DNA of 64,000 nucleotides from assembly GCA_964474355.1 (NCBI GenBank), contig CAYYSY010000105.1, positions 7,649 to 71,648 of the forward strand, given 5' to 3'. A model generated the notes under the pieces. It was given only the letters and a program-made list of their open reading frames with translations. It had not been told where the DNA came from and ran no database searches. A program made the translations under genes and the position numbers. This DNA is from an uncultured Spirochaetaceae bacterium (lineage in GTDB: Bacteria; Myxococcota_A; UBA9160; UBA4427). This document shows, piece after piece, positions 52,116 to 62,218 of this stretch (position 1 is its first letter; the number at the start of each line of letters is the position of its first letter).

Positions 52116-53942
52116 TCACAGGTCGACGAGCTCCCGGGCCCAGTCGTTCACGAAGACCCGGTCGGGATCCATCTGGTCGCGCACCATGGCGAACTCGGCC
52201 ATCTGCGCGCCGTAGGCGCGGGTGCGCACGTGGTCGGTGTCGAAGATCAGCTTGCCCCAGTGCGGGCGGCCGCCGAGCTCGATCCACTCGCGCTCGACGT
52301 CCTCGAAGTAGTCCTCGAAGCGGGGCGTGTTCTTGTACGTGAGGATCTCGATGTAGCAGCTCCGATCGTTGCCCGTCGAAGGCGAGAGCAGGCCGCGGCC
52401 GGGCCCGACGAAGCGCAGATGCATCACGAGGTTCTGGGGATAGATGTGCTCGGCGCGGAGCCCGCGAAGCCGGCGCACGACGCCCCACCACGCGGTCCTC
52501 ACGTTGTCGAAGCTCGCACCCACCGGGATCGCGTAGCCGAGATCGACGCTGTCCATGAAGCTAGTCTGATACTGGAGCGCCTCGGGCAGCGGCACGACAC
52601 GGTTGCCCTCACCCACCATGCTGCCGAAGAGCCGCATCACCGGCGGTGTGATGAAGGGGAAGAGCGACGTGAGGGTGAGCAGGACCGGCCCGAGGATCTT
52701 GTTCTGGAACCACTGGCGAACGGAGCGCAGCCAGTCCTGCCACTGCCAGTCCGAGGGCGGCTCCACGGGCTCCTTGTCCCACGTCTTGACCCAACAGTCG
52801 TCGTTGTAGGGGAACCAGAAGACCTCGGCGTAGTCGTGACTCGTGACCAGTGTCTCGACGTTCTCGAGCGTGGTCTCCATGTCCTGGTGCACGTCGACCT
52901 CCCGCACGTTGTAGATCGGCACGCAGTCGAAGGTGAGGCTGTAGACGACACCGAGCAGGCCGAGGTTGCAGACCAGCGCGTCCCATCGCCGCTGCACGTC
53001 GACCGGCACGGGCATGCTGAAGTCGGGACGATCGAAGGTCTGCAGGGCGCCGCTTGCGTCGACGAGCTGGATACGGGAGACGAGATCGGTGAAGTGCGGG
53101 TGCCCGAGACCCGTACCGTGGCAGCCGTTCGCGAACGCGCCGCCGACCTGCACGTAGGGGATCACCGTCGTCGTCTCGAGCGTGAGCCCCGACGAGGCGG
53201 CGTGATCGACGAGCTCTTTCATCGTCACTCCGGCTTCGACCGTGATCGACTCGGCGCCGGGCGTGGTCGAGACGTCGAGCACCTGGTTCAGCCGCCCGAG
53301 CTGGATCATCACGCCATTGCATGCGGGGCCGGGATTCCACGAGAAGCCCCCGCCGACGGCGCGGATCGACAGGTGCGCCGCGCGGGCCTGCAGCACGGCG
53401 TCCTGCAGCTCCCCGAGCGTCGCGGGGCGCACGCGGCGACGAGGGCGGACCGATACGGTGCGCGCCCAGTTGTGCCAGCGGTTGCTCGTCAGCAGGACGC
53501 GGACGCGGTCCCACCCCGCACGCAATGACACGACGAGGAACGAGAGCACGAGACCGACCACGCCGGCCGCGAAGAGCACGAATGCGATCTGATTCGCGAG
53601 CGGCGGCCCCCAGACCCGCCCATCGACCTCATAGATCGCGGCGATGGCCGACCCGACCACCGCGGCCCAGGCACCGATCACCGCGGTCCACGTGACGAAG
53701 CCGAGCAGCGGGGGCGAGAAGTAGATGAACGCGAGCCCGGCAGCCATGGCGATGAGCAGGACCCCGTGGACGAGGCCCTGCATGTGCGCCACCTCCCAGC
53801 GGTGCACGTAGTCGGGCGGTTGACCCTGGCATTGCGAGACACCGAAACCGATGCCGAGCAGCATCCCGAACGCGAAGATCAGGCCACCGTGGGCGGCGAG
53901 CCGGGCTCGTTGTCTGGTGAGCAGGAGCAGGAGGAAGTTCAT
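52116..53942 (-). CDS. FAD-linked sugar-1,4-lactone oxidoreductase (ALO/GULO family) with N-terminal 4-TM StyC-like domain
   Basis: WHNWART, IRAVGGGFSW, VEAG, QVGGAFANGCHGTG, LGLLGVVYSLTF, GRPHWGK; aa 1-145 hydrophobic with LAAHG and WEVAH motifs. Confidence 0.85.
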   Translation of the reverse strand: MNFLLLLLTRQRARLAAHGGLIFAFGMLLGIGFGVSQCQGQPPDYVHRWEVAHMQGLVHGVLLIAMAAGLAFIYFSPPLLGFVTWTAVIGAWAAVVGSAIAAIYEVDGRVWGPPLANQIAFVLFAAGVVGLVLSFLVVSLRAGWDRVRVLLTSNRWHNWARTVSVRPRRRVRPATLGELQDAVLQARAAHLSIRAVGGGFSWNPGPACNGVMIQLGRLNQVLDVSTTPGAESITVEAGVTMKELVDHAASSGLTLETTTVIPYVQVGGAFANGCHGTGLGHPHFTDLVSRIQLVDASGALQTFDRPDFSMPVPVDVQRRWDALVCNLGLLGVVYSLTFDCVPIYNVREVDVHQDMETTLENVETLVTSHDYAEVFWFPYNDDCWVKTWDKEPVEPPSDWQWQDWLRSVRQWFQNKILGPVLLTLTSLFPFITPPVMRLFGSMVGEGNRVVPLPEALQYQTSFMDSVDLGYAIPVGASFDNVRTAWWGVVRRLRGLRAEHIYPQNLVMHLRFVGPGRGLLSPSTGNDRSCYIEILTYKNTPRFEDYFEDVEREWIELGGRPHWGKLIFDTDHVRTRAYGAQMAEFAMVRDQMDPDRVFVNDWARELVDL

Positions 53943-54006
53943 GTCGGCACCTCACTCGACCGGGCGTCATCCGCCTGCGGGCGGCGTCGCGCGCGGGCTC
54001 TTCATG

Positions 54007-54501
54007 TCATGCGTGACTCACGAGCTGCTCTGGCTCCCCCGCGCGTTCCTTTGCGAGGAGATCCTCGACCTCGTCCCTGAACTGCGGGCGGTAGTTCTGC
54101 CTCATCGCCTCCCACCAGGCGGTGCCGCCCGTCGTCGCGATGAACATGATCATGTTGTTGACGTGCTGATCGGCGTGATCTTCGCTCACGCCGTCGAGCT
54201 TCTCGAAGAACGCGAGCTGCGCGCCGGCCACGAGCCGCCCCATCATCATCGAGAAGCGCACGCGGTCGACGGGCGCGAGGCCCTTGAAGTCGGCCAGACC
54301 CGAGATGAAGATCTTCGCCACGGCCTCATCGGCGACGATCGGCGCCAGCGCGAGCGATACGCCGCTGTAGTTGTTGCGGCGTGACTCGGCCTTGGTGATG
54401 CGCGTGTTGTCCTTGATCTGGATGGCGAGGTACGCGAGCGTGGCCACGGTGGCCACGGCGCCGATCAGCTCACCAATGCTGCCGAAGTCCTGGATCGTCA
54501 T
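54007..54501 (-). CDS. Conserved hypothetical protein with N-terminal TM
   Basis: GSIGELIGAVATVATLAYLAIQIKDNT matches a recurrent marine hypothetical family pattern (from memory); ends ..GG..WW. Confidence 0.7.
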   Translation of the reverse strand: MTIQDFGSIGELIGAVATVATLAYLAIQIKDNTRITKAESRRNNYSGVSLALAPIVADEAVAKIFISGLADFKGLAPVDRVRFSMMMGRLVAGAQLAFFEKLDGVSEDHADQHVNNMIMFIATTGGTAWWEAMRQNYRPQFRDEVEDLLAKERAGEPEQLVSHA

Positions 54502-54646
54502 GGTGCGGTCCTGACACGACCAGGTGTTGAGGTCCGTCTCGTTGCTCCGTCGCCGGGTCGCCGCCTTCACCCTATCCGATGATCCGAAGCAATGTCTCCA
54601 AGAATCGACGGGCCGGGTGCGGGTGCGGGCGCTCCCATCACACCAT

Positions 54647-55192
54647 TCAAGCGCACGGCGACTCGAATTGGAATGCAATTCTGCTTGTCGAATCAACACT
54701 CCCCGGTGTGATGCGGAACGCCCCCTCTCTGCACCAGCGCGAGCTGAGCGCACCTACACCGACCGGCAACGGCCGTGCGTGCCCGGAGGGCCACGAAATC
54801 GGAGTGTGGAAGCAGCGACAGGGGGCGCTCGCCCTCAGGAGGAGCTCGGCGCGGCGCCCCGATCGCGCGGTGCCCCGTGGCCCGGACGGCGCCGCCGGTG
54901 CGAGCCCACGATGGCGATTGGGGCTCGACGCGACGAAGCGTTGCCGATAGAGGCGCTGCTTGGCGCGCTCGGGCAGATCGAAGACGGATCGCAGCGTGGC
55001 GCGCCTCTGCGCGTCGAGCCTCGCGTCGCCGGGCGGTCGCGCCACGACCATGAAGCCCGACTCGTGACAGGCCAGGCCGACCTGCTCGTCGGCGCGGTCA
55101 CGCGCCTCGCCCGGCTCGCCCGGCAATGACTCGCCGTCGAAGATGGGGATGTCGCTGCCGCCGTTCATCGGGCGCGCCATCACACGGCTCAT
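54647..55192 (-). pseudogene. Truncated isopenicillin-N-synthase-like 2OG-Fe(II) dioxygenase (N-terminal DIOX_N remnant)
   Basis: DIPIFD..ACHESGFMVV..FDLPERAKQRL..NRHRG, then sequence loses coding character; no HxD..H catalytic domain in any frame that I could see. Confidence 0.55.
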
Positions 55193-55288
55193 GGCCGTTC
55201 GGCCGGCTCTCCTATCCTGTCCAGGCATGCATCCGAATGCTCGCGCCGACACCGCGTCGTGGTGGAATGAAGGGCGGGAAGGAAGAGC

Positions 55289-56203
55289 TTGAAGGCCGAG
55301 CGTCTCTCGAACGATCCGATCATCCGCGTCGATCCCGAAGACCCGGGCATCGGCGACAACGTGAATGGCCCCTCGCTGATCCGCGTGCCCGACTGGGTCG
55401 AGGCCCCGCTCGCCCGCTACTACCTCTACTTCGCACACCACCGCCACGACTTCATCCGACTCGCATACGCCGACACGCCCGAAGGTCCGTGGCGGGTGCA
55501 CCGGCCCGGCACGCTGCGGCTCGAGGACTCGGCCTGCATCGACCACATCGCGTCGCCCGACGTCCTGGTGCTCGACGACGAGCGGCAGATCCGCCTCTAC
55601 TACCATGGCGTCGTCCACCATCCCGACGAAGAGCCCGACCCTCATGCGAATGCCATCGACGTGACACGGCCCTTCGTGCAGCGCACGTTCTGGGCGACGT
55701 CGAGTGACGGACTCCGTTTCGAGTCGGGCCACGAGCTCTGCGGCCCCTCCTACTTCCGCGTCGTCCGCATCCACGACGTCTTCTTCGCGCTCGCGATGCC
55801 CGGGCTGCTCTACCGATCACCCGACGGCCTGACCGGCTGGGAGCGTGGCCCCCAGGTGCTGCCCGACGTCACCCGGCATCACGCGCTCCTGCTCCGCGGT
55901 GACACGCTCCACGTCCTCTTCACGCGGGCGGGCGACCGGCCCGAGCGCATCCTGCACACGCGGATCGACACGCGCGGCGACTGGCGCGGCTGGCACACCG
56001 AGGGCGAGACGACCGTGCTCGAGCCCGAGACCGCATGGGAGGGCGCCGAGCTGCCGCTGCACGCCTCCGAGCGGGGCCAGGTGATGGAGCCGGTGCGCCA
56101 GCTGCGCGACCCGTGCGTCTTCGAGGACGGTGAAGTGCTCCGCCTCGTGTATGCGATCGCCGGCGAGCAGGGGCTCGCCATTGCGCGCCTCGATCTCGAG
56201 TGA
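55289..56203 (+). CDS. Hypothetical protein, probable five-bladed beta-propeller glycoside-hydrolase-like fold
   Basis: NGPSLI, YYLYF, AYADTPEGPW, HIASPDV, IRLYYHG, SSDGLRF, QLRDPCVFED..LVY. Confidence 0.6.
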   Translation: MKAERLSNDPIIRVDPEDPGIGDNVNGPSLIRVPDWVEAPLARYYLYFAHHRHDFIRLAYADTPEGPWRVHRPGTLRLEDSACIDHIASPDVLVLDDERQIRLYYHGVVHHPDEEPDPHANAIDVTRPFVQRTFWATSSDGLRFESGHELCGPSYFRVVRIHDVFFALAMPGLLYRSPDGLTGWERGPQVLPDVTRHHALLLRGDTLHVLFTRAGDRPERILHTRIDTRGDWRGWHTEGETTVLEPETAWEGAELPLHASERGQVMEPVRQLRDPCVFEDGEVLRLVYAIAGEQGLAIARLDLE

Positions 56204-56228
56204 GGCATTCGGCCCCGTTGCGCGCCGC

Positions 56229-56262
56229 GGTGGCGCCGGCCATCGCTGGCCGACGCGCCACC
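56229..56262 (+). terminator. GC-rich stem-loop downstream of the propeller gene (possible terminator/stabiliser)
   Basis: ggtggcgc-cggcca-tcgc-tggccg-ac-gcgccacc; no U-tract follows. Confidence 0.3.
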
Positions 56263-56469
56263 GGGCCCGATCGCGACGCCTGAATCGGGCGCGAAGGGCC
56301 TGCGGCGGAATCGACACGAATCGGGCGAAAGTTTTTCTCGGTCGCGGGCGGGCGCGGGGCGCGCACTCGCTTAGTCTCGGGCATCGCCGCCGGCACCCTG
56401 GCCCGCCGTGTCCCGAACGGATGCGCGCGCCGGGAGCCGCCGTCCTCCAGTGGACAGAGGGAGAGCGCC

Positions 56470-57678
56470 ATGAAGCCCGTCGATGATTACAACCTCTACG
56501 ACCCCGACACCGTCGAGCGCCCGTGGGAGTACTACGCCGCGCTGCGCAAGCAGGCGCCGGTGCACACGATCCAGGGCGGCATGGTCATGGTCTCGACCCA
56601 CGATCTCTGCCTCGAGGCGCTGCGAGACCCCGAGACGTTCTCGAGCAAGTTCATCCAGAAGATGTCCGGTGGTGCCGCGGGCGCCGACGGCAACTACATG
56701 GGTCCCGAGACGCTGCTCTCCAACGACCCGCCCGAGCACACGTACTTCCGCAAGCTCGTGAACAAGACCTTCTCGCCGACGCGCGTGAAGAAGATGCTTC
56801 CCTCGATCGAGAAGATCACGGGCGATCTGATCGACGCGATCCTCGCGGGCCCGAACCGCTTCGACGCGATGACGGAGTTCGCGATCCCCCTGCCCCTCAC
56901 GGTGATCGCCGATCAGCTCGGCGTGCCGCGAGCCGACATGGCGAACTTCAAGACGTGGTCCGACGCGACCGTGGTTCCGATCGGTGGCATGGCGACGCCC
57001 GAGCAGCTGATCGAGTCGCTCCAGCTCGTCGAGCAGCTCAAGGTCTATCTCGCCGAGCGCTGCCGGGAGGCCAAGGCGGCGCCGCGCGACGACATGATCT
57101 CCGACCTCATCACCTCCGACGTCGATGGCGAGCGCCCGATCGAGGAGAAGGAGGTCATCAGCCTGCTGCAGCAGTTCCTCGTGGCGGGCAACGAGACGAC
57201 GACGAACCTCATCGGGGCGACGCTCATGTTCCTCTTCCAGAACCCGGAGGAGTTCGAGAAGCTGAAGGCGAACCCGATGCTGCTGCCCAACGCGATCGAG
57301 GAGGCGTTGCGCCTCGAGACGCCGACCGCCGGCATGTGGCGGGTGGCGACACGCGACACCGAGCTCGGCGGCGTCGCGATTCCCGAAGGCAGCATGATCA
57401 TGCTGCGCTACGCCGCGGCGAACCGCGACGAGGCGCTCTTCGACGATCCCGACACGTTCGTAATCGACCGCCCGAACGCCAAGGACCACATCGCGTTCGG
57501 CATGGGCATCCACTTCTGCCCCGGCGCGGCTTTGGCCCGGGAGGAGACGCGCATCGGGCTCGAGCAGATCTTCGAGCGGCTGCCGAACCTGCGGCTCGCC
57601 CCCGGCAACGACTTCAAGCACCACCCGAGCGTGCTGCTGCGCGGCCTCGTGCGGCTCGATCTCGAGTACGACGGCTGA
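56470..57678 (+). CDS. Cytochrome P450
   Basis: NDPPEHTYFRK, AGNETT, EEALR (ExxR), HIAFGMGIHFCPG. Confidence 0.95.
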   Translation: MKPVDDYNLYDPDTVERPWEYYAALRKQAPVHTIQGGMVMVSTHDLCLEALRDPETFSSKFIQKMSGGAAGADGNYMGPETLLSNDPPEHTYFRKLVNKTFSPTRVKKMLPSIEKITGDLIDAILAGPNRFDAMTEFAIPLPLTVIADQLGVPRADMANFKTWSDATVVPIGGMATPEQLIESLQLVEQLKVYLAERCREAKAAPRDDMISDLITSDVDGERPIEEKEVISLLQQFLVAGNETTTNLIGATLMFLFQNPEEFEKLKANPMLLPNAIEEALRLETPTAGMWRVATRDTELGGVAIPEGSMIMLRYAAANRDEALFDDPDTFVIDRPNAKDHIAFGMGIHFCPGAALAREETRIGLEQIFERLPNLRLAPGNDFKHHPSVLLRGLVRLDLEYDG

Positions 57679-57763
57679 CGGCGGCTGCGCGCCGGCCAGA
57701 CACCTCGCTAGTCTTCGAAGGGCCCGTCGTCACGGCGGGCCCTTCTGCTTTCGAGGCGCCGGC

Positions 57764-60118
57764 ATGCCGCACCCCTACCAGGACCCCACGCTCCCGATCG
57801 ACGCGCGGGTGGACGATCTCGTCGCCCGCATGACCCTCGACGAGAAGCTCGCGCAGATCGGCTGCGTCTGGTCGACGCAGCTCGTCGACGACGAGGCGTT
57901 CTCACCGGACAAGGCGGCGTCGCTGATGCCTCACGGCACGGGGCACGTGACACGGATCGCCGCGTCGACGGGGCTGCGCCCGCGCGAGAACGCGGCGTTC
58001 ATGAACGACATCCAGCGCTGGCTCGTCGAGCACACCCGGCTCGGCATTCCGGCGCTCGTGCACGAAGAGTCGGCGGCCGGCTTCTGCGCGCGCGACGCGA
58101 CGCAGTTTCCCCAGGCGATCGGGCTGGCGGCGACGTGGGATCCCGATGCGGCGCTTCGCGTCGGCGAGGTGATCCGCGCGCAGATGCTGTCTGTCGGCGC
58201 GCGGCAGACGCTCGCACCGGTGCTCGACGTGACCCGCGACCCGCGGTGGGGGCGCACCGAGGAGACCTTCGGCGAGTGCCCCTATCTCACGTCACGCATG
58301 GGCGTCGCCTACGTGCGTGGCGTGCAGGGGGACGACCTCGCGCGCGGCGTGGTCGCGACGGGCAAGCACTTCCTCGGCTATGGCATGCCCGAGGGTGGGC
58401 TCAACCACGCGTCGGCGCGCATCGGTCCGCGCGAGCTGCGCGAGGTGTACGCGCGTCCCTTCGAGGCCGCGATTCGCGAGGCCGGGCTCGCGTCGGTGAT
58501 GAACGCGTACAACGACGTCGACGGGCTGCCGTGCGGCGGCTCACGGGTGATCCTCGACGACCTGCTGCGCGGTGAGCTCGGGTTCGAGGGTGTGGTCGTC
58601 GCCGACTACTTCACGACGGGGCTGCTCGTGCACTGGCACAAGGTCGCCGCAGACAAGGGCGAAGCCGGCCAGCGCGCGCTCGAGGCGGGGCTCGACGTCG
58701 AGCTGCCCGCGCTCGACTGCTACGGCGCGCCGCTCAAGGAGCGCGTCGAGTCGGGCGCCCTCGACGAGTCGTTCGTCGACCGCGCGACGAAGCGGCTGCT
58801 TCGCATGAAGCTCGAGCTCGGGCTCTTCGAAGCCCCCTATGTCGACGTCGATGCGGCGGAGGTGCCCTACGCCGACGAAGCGCCCGTCGCGCTCGCCCGC
58901 GAGCTCGCGGCGCGATCGGTGGTGCTGCTGAAGAACGACGGCGTGCTGCCGATCGGGGCCGGCACCGGCTCCATCGCCGTCATCGGACCGTGCGCCGACG
59001 ACGTCCGCCTGCAGCTCGGTGACTACCACTACCCGTCGCACCTCGAGATGATCTACAAGCGCACGGCCGAGGGGGAGCAGGGGATCCTGCCCTCGAGCGA
59101 CGTCGTCGCGTTCGCGCCCGGCCCCTACTACCGGCCGTCGGTGTCGCTGCTCGAGGGCATCCGCACCGCAGCGGGGGACGCGTGTGAGATCCACACGGCG
59201 GCGGGCTGCGCTCTCGACGACGACGATCGCAGCGGCTTCGACGCCGCCGTCGCCGCGGCGGAGGCCAGCGACGTCGCCGTCGTCTGCGTCGGCGGCAAGT
59301 CGGGCCTCCTGCCCGAGGACACGAGCGGCGAGTTCCGCGACGCGTCCGACCTCGGGCTGACGGGCGTGCAGCACGCGCTCGTCGAGGCGATCGTCGCCAC
59401 CGGCACGCCCACGGTGGTCGTGCTTGTCGGTGGCCGGATCTTCTCGGTGCCGTGGATCGCCGAGCACGCCTCGGCCCTCGCCTTCGCATTCTGCCCTGGC
59501 GAGCAGGGCGGTCATGGCGTGGCCGACGTGCTCTTCGGCCGCGTCAATCCCGCAGCGCGGCTCCCGATCTCGATGCCGCACTCGGTGGGCCAGGTGCCCG
59601 TCTACTACAACCATCGCTCGGGCAGCGGCCGATCACAGATGCTCGGCGAGTACATCGACGGTCCGACCCGGCCTCTCTTTGCGTTCGGGCACGGCCTCTC
59701 GTACACGCGCTTCGAATACGGCGACGTCTCGCTCTCGACCGCGACGCCCGACGCGACGGACAGCGTCACGGTCTCGCTCGACGTCGCGAACGTGGGCGAC
59801 GTCGACGGAGACGAGGTCGTGCAGCTCTACGTGCGCGACGAGGTCGCGCGCTGCAGTCGGCCGAACAAGCAGCTGGCCGGGTTCGTGCGCACCCACATCC
59901 GGGCGGGCGAGAGCCGGCGCGTCTCGTTCGAGCTCGACCTCTCGCAGCTCGGCTTCCATGACGAGGACATGCGCTTCATCGTCGAGCCCGGCTTCGTGTG
60001 GCTCGAGGTCGGCGCGAGCGCCACCGATGCGCGCAGCCACGCGAGATTCGAGATCCAGGGGAAGCTCCGCGAGCTGTCGACCGCGGACATCGTCCCGACG
60101 AAGGTCAGCGTCGACTGA
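57764..60118 (+). CDS. GH3 beta-glucosidase/xylosidase with C-terminal fibronectin-III-like domain
   Basis: RDPRWGRTEETFGE, KHF, VVVADY (nucleophile Asp), VLLKN, FGHGLSYT, EVVQLYV. Confidence 0.93.
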   Translation: MPHPYQDPTLPIDARVDDLVARMTLDEKLAQIGCVWSTQLVDDEAFSPDKAASLMPHGTGHVTRIAASTGLRPRENAAFMNDIQRWLVEHTRLGIPALVHEESAAGFCARDATQFPQAIGLAATWDPDAALRVGEVIRAQMLSVGARQTLAPVLDVTRDPRWGRTEETFGECPYLTSRMGVAYVRGVQGDDLARGVVATGKHFLGYGMPEGGLNHASARIGPRELREVYARPFEAAIREAGLASVMNAYNDVDGLPCGGSRVILDDLLRGELGFEGVVVADYFTTGLLVHWHKVAADKGEAGQRALEAGLDVELPALDCYGAPLKERVESGALDESFVDRATKRLLRMKLELGLFEAPYVDVDAAEVPYADEAPVALARELAARSVVLLKNDGVLPIGAGTGSIAVIGPCADDVRLQLGDYHYPSHLEMIYKRTAEGEQGILPSSDVVAFAPGPYYRPSVSLLEGIRTAAGDACEIHTAAGCALDDDDRSGFDAAVAAAEASDVAVVCVGGKSGLLPEDTSGEFRDASDLGLTGVQHALVEAIVATGTPTVVVLVGGRIFSVPWIAEHASALAFAFCPGEQGGHGVADVLFGRVNPAARLPISMPHSVGQVPVYYNHRSGSGRSQMLGEYIDGPTRPLFAFGHGLSYTRFEYGDVSLSTATPDATDSVTVSLDVANVGDVDGDEVVQLYVRDEVARCSRPNKQLAGFVRTHIRAGESRRVSFELDLSQLGFHDEDMRFIVEPGFVWLEVGASATDARSHARFEIQGKLRELSTADIVPTKVSVD

Positions 60119-60127
60119 AGCCGGCGA

Positions 60128-60787
60128 TCAATCGGCCTCGAAGCCGATCTGGGCGTGCTGACCGTCGCAGAAGGGCTTGTTCTTCGACGCGCCGCAGCGA
60201 CACAGCGCAGCCCGGTCGCCCTGCCAGGCGACGCGGCCGCCGGCCGAGACGATGCTGAAGTTGCCGCGCAGCAGGATCGGGCCGTTCGGGATGCGTTTCA
60301 CCGCCAACGTCCCGCCCTCACCATCGATCCCGTCACCCTTCTCGCCCACCGCGCCGTAGTCGACGAAGCCCGCCTTCTCGTGGGCGCCGTCGCAGAAGGG
60401 CTTGTTCTTCGACGCGCCGCAACGACAGAGCGCGGCGCGGTGCGCGACCGCCGGCTGGTCATCGCCGACACCGTCGACGTCCAGGTCGCCCTGCACGTAC
60501 AGCGGGCCATTGTTCGCGACGTGCACCGTGTTGCGCCCGGCCGCCGACTCGGTGGCGCCGCCGCCGTCCTTGCGCTCGATCGACAGCGCACCGGTCGGGC
60601 ATCGCGACACCACGTCGATCACCTCGTCGATCCCGACCAGATCGGGCTGGCACCAGGGCTGGCGGCCCCCGACGAAGAGCTCGTTCGCGGCCCGGCCGCA
60701 CTCGCCGACGTGGATGCAGAGGCTGCCATCCCACACCACATCGGCGTCCTTGCCCTCGTAACGGAACTTCTGATCGTCGTCGCTCAT
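60128..60787 (-). CDS. Divergent 4Fe-4S domain plus two CDGSH [2Fe-2S] domains
   Basis: CIHVGEC..CPTGAL; two copies of LCRCGASKNKPFCDGxH. Confidence 0.9.
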   Translation of the reverse strand: MSDDDQKFRYEGKDADVVWDGSLCIHVGECGRAANELFVGGRQPWCQPDLVGIDEVIDVVSRCPTGALSIERKDGGGATESAAGRNTVHVANNGPLYVQGDLDVDGVGDDQPAVAHRAALCRCGASKNKPFCDGAHEKAGFVDYGAVGEKGDGIDGEGGTLAVKRIPNGPILLRGNFSIVSAGGRVAWQGDRAALCRCGASKNKPFCDGQHAQIGFEAD

Positions 60788-60837
60788 GTCCGGCTCCTTC
60801 TGCGCACGGCCTCGAGTCGGCCTCGGGGTCCCGGTAG

Positions 60838-60852
60838 GATGCCGTAGGCATC
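60838..60852. promoter_or_regulatory. Palindrome between divergent genes, possible operator
   Basis: gatgcc-gta-ggcatc perfect 6-bp inverted repeat in the intergenic region. Confidence 0.25.
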
Positions 60853-60968
60853 AGCGACGATCCGGCGAGAATGCGCTGGCGTGCCGCCTCGGCCGCGCTG
60901 GTCCCCGTCCCCCGAAGCCGCTACCCGTCCGATGGGGCCCGGAGCCCCCTAGCCAGGAGCGCCCGCCC

Positions 60969-62192
60969 ATGATCGTCGAGCCCGAGTCCGTCGGCCTGTC
61001 CAAGTCCCGCCTGCAGCGCATCGTCCAGCACATGGACCGCCGCTACGTCACGCCGGGCAAGATCCCCGGCTGCCTCACCCTCGTGTCACGTCGCGGCGAG
61101 GTGGCGTTCCTCGAGGCCCAGGGCCTCATGGATCGCGAGCGCGGCAAGCCGATGACCGACGACACGCTCTTTCGCATCTACTCGATGTCGAAGCCCGTGA
61201 CGTCGGTCGCGCTCATGATGCTGATGGAAGAGGCGAACTTCGATCTGTCCACGCCGGTGTCGAAGTTCATCCCCGAGTTCAAGAACCTCGGCGTCTACGG
61301 CCAGGGCACGTACCCGACGTTCGTGACCACGAAGCCCGAGCGCGAGATGAACGTGAAGGACATCCTCACGCACACGTCCGGGCTGACCTACGGGTTCATG
61401 TACCGGACGAACGTCGACGCCGCGTATCGACGCGCAGGCCTCGGCGACCTCGAGCACCGGGATGGTCAGACCCTCGAGAACTTCGTCACGACGCTCGCCA
61501 CCCTGCCCCTCGAGTTCTCTCCCGGGACGGCCTGGAACTACTCCGTCTCGACCGACGTGTGCGGGCGCGTCGTCGAGGTCGTGTCGGGCCAGCCCCTCGA
61601 CGTGTTCATGCGCGAGCGCATCTTCGAGCCCCTCCGCATGACCGACACCTTCTTCGAGGTGCCCGACGACAAGCTCGATCGCTTCGCTGCCTGCTACGAG
61701 CGCACCCGCAAGAAGGAGGTCCGCCTGCAGGACGACCCGCAGGAGAGCCCCTACCGCAACGTCACGTACTTCTCCGGTGGTGGCGGGCTCGTGTCGACGA
61801 TCCACGACTACCACCGCTTCTGCCAGATGCTGCTGCGCGGCGGCGAGCTCGACGGCGAGCGGCTGCTGGGACGAAAGACGATCGAGCTGATGACGACGAA
61901 TCATTTGCCGGGCGGCGGCGACCTCGTCGAGCACTCGGTCGGCATGTTCGCCGAGGTGGCATTCGATGGAACGGGCTTCGGCCTCGGATTCTCGGTGAAT
62001 GGCGGCCCGCAGTCGTCGAGCCAGATCGGCACGGCCGGCGAGTTCGCGTGGGGCGGCGCCGCGAGCACCATCTTCTGGATCGACCCGGCCGAAGAGCTCG
62101 TGGTCGTGTTCATGACCCAGCTGATGCCATCGCGCACCTTCGATTTCCGCGGACAGCTGAAGAACCTGATCTACTCGTCGATCCTCGACTGA
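60969..62192 (+). CDS. Serine hydrolase, beta-lactamase-like (class C/EstB) family
   Basis: FRIYSMSK (SxxK), LTHTSGL, PGTAWNYS, GGGGLVST, WGGAAST. Confidence 0.9.
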   Translation: MIVEPESVGLSKSRLQRIVQHMDRRYVTPGKIPGCLTLVSRRGEVAFLEAQGLMDRERGKPMTDDTLFRIYSMSKPVTSVALMMLMEEANFDLSTPVSKFIPEFKNLGVYGQGTYPTFVTTKPEREMNVKDILTHTSGLTYGFMYRTNVDAAYRRAGLGDLEHRDGQTLENFVTTLATLPLEFSPGTAWNYSVSTDVCGRVVEVVSGQPLDVFMRERIFEPLRMTDTFFEVPDDKLDRFAACYERTRKKEVRLQDDPQESPYRNVTYFSGGGGLVSTIHDYHRFCQMLLRGGELDGERLLGRKTIELMTTNHLPGGGDLVEHSVGMFAEVAFDGTGFGLGFSVNGGPQSSSQIGTAGEFAWGGAASTIFWIDPAEELVVVFMTQLMPSRTFDFRGQLKNLIYSSILD

Positions 62193-62218
62193 GCGGCTCG
62201 TCTGGTCTCAGCCCGGGC

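Noticed and set aside
54610-54629. Canonical G-quadruplex motif gggccgggtgcgggtgcggg
   Set aside because: Such motifs arise by chance in very GC-rich DNA; no supporting context
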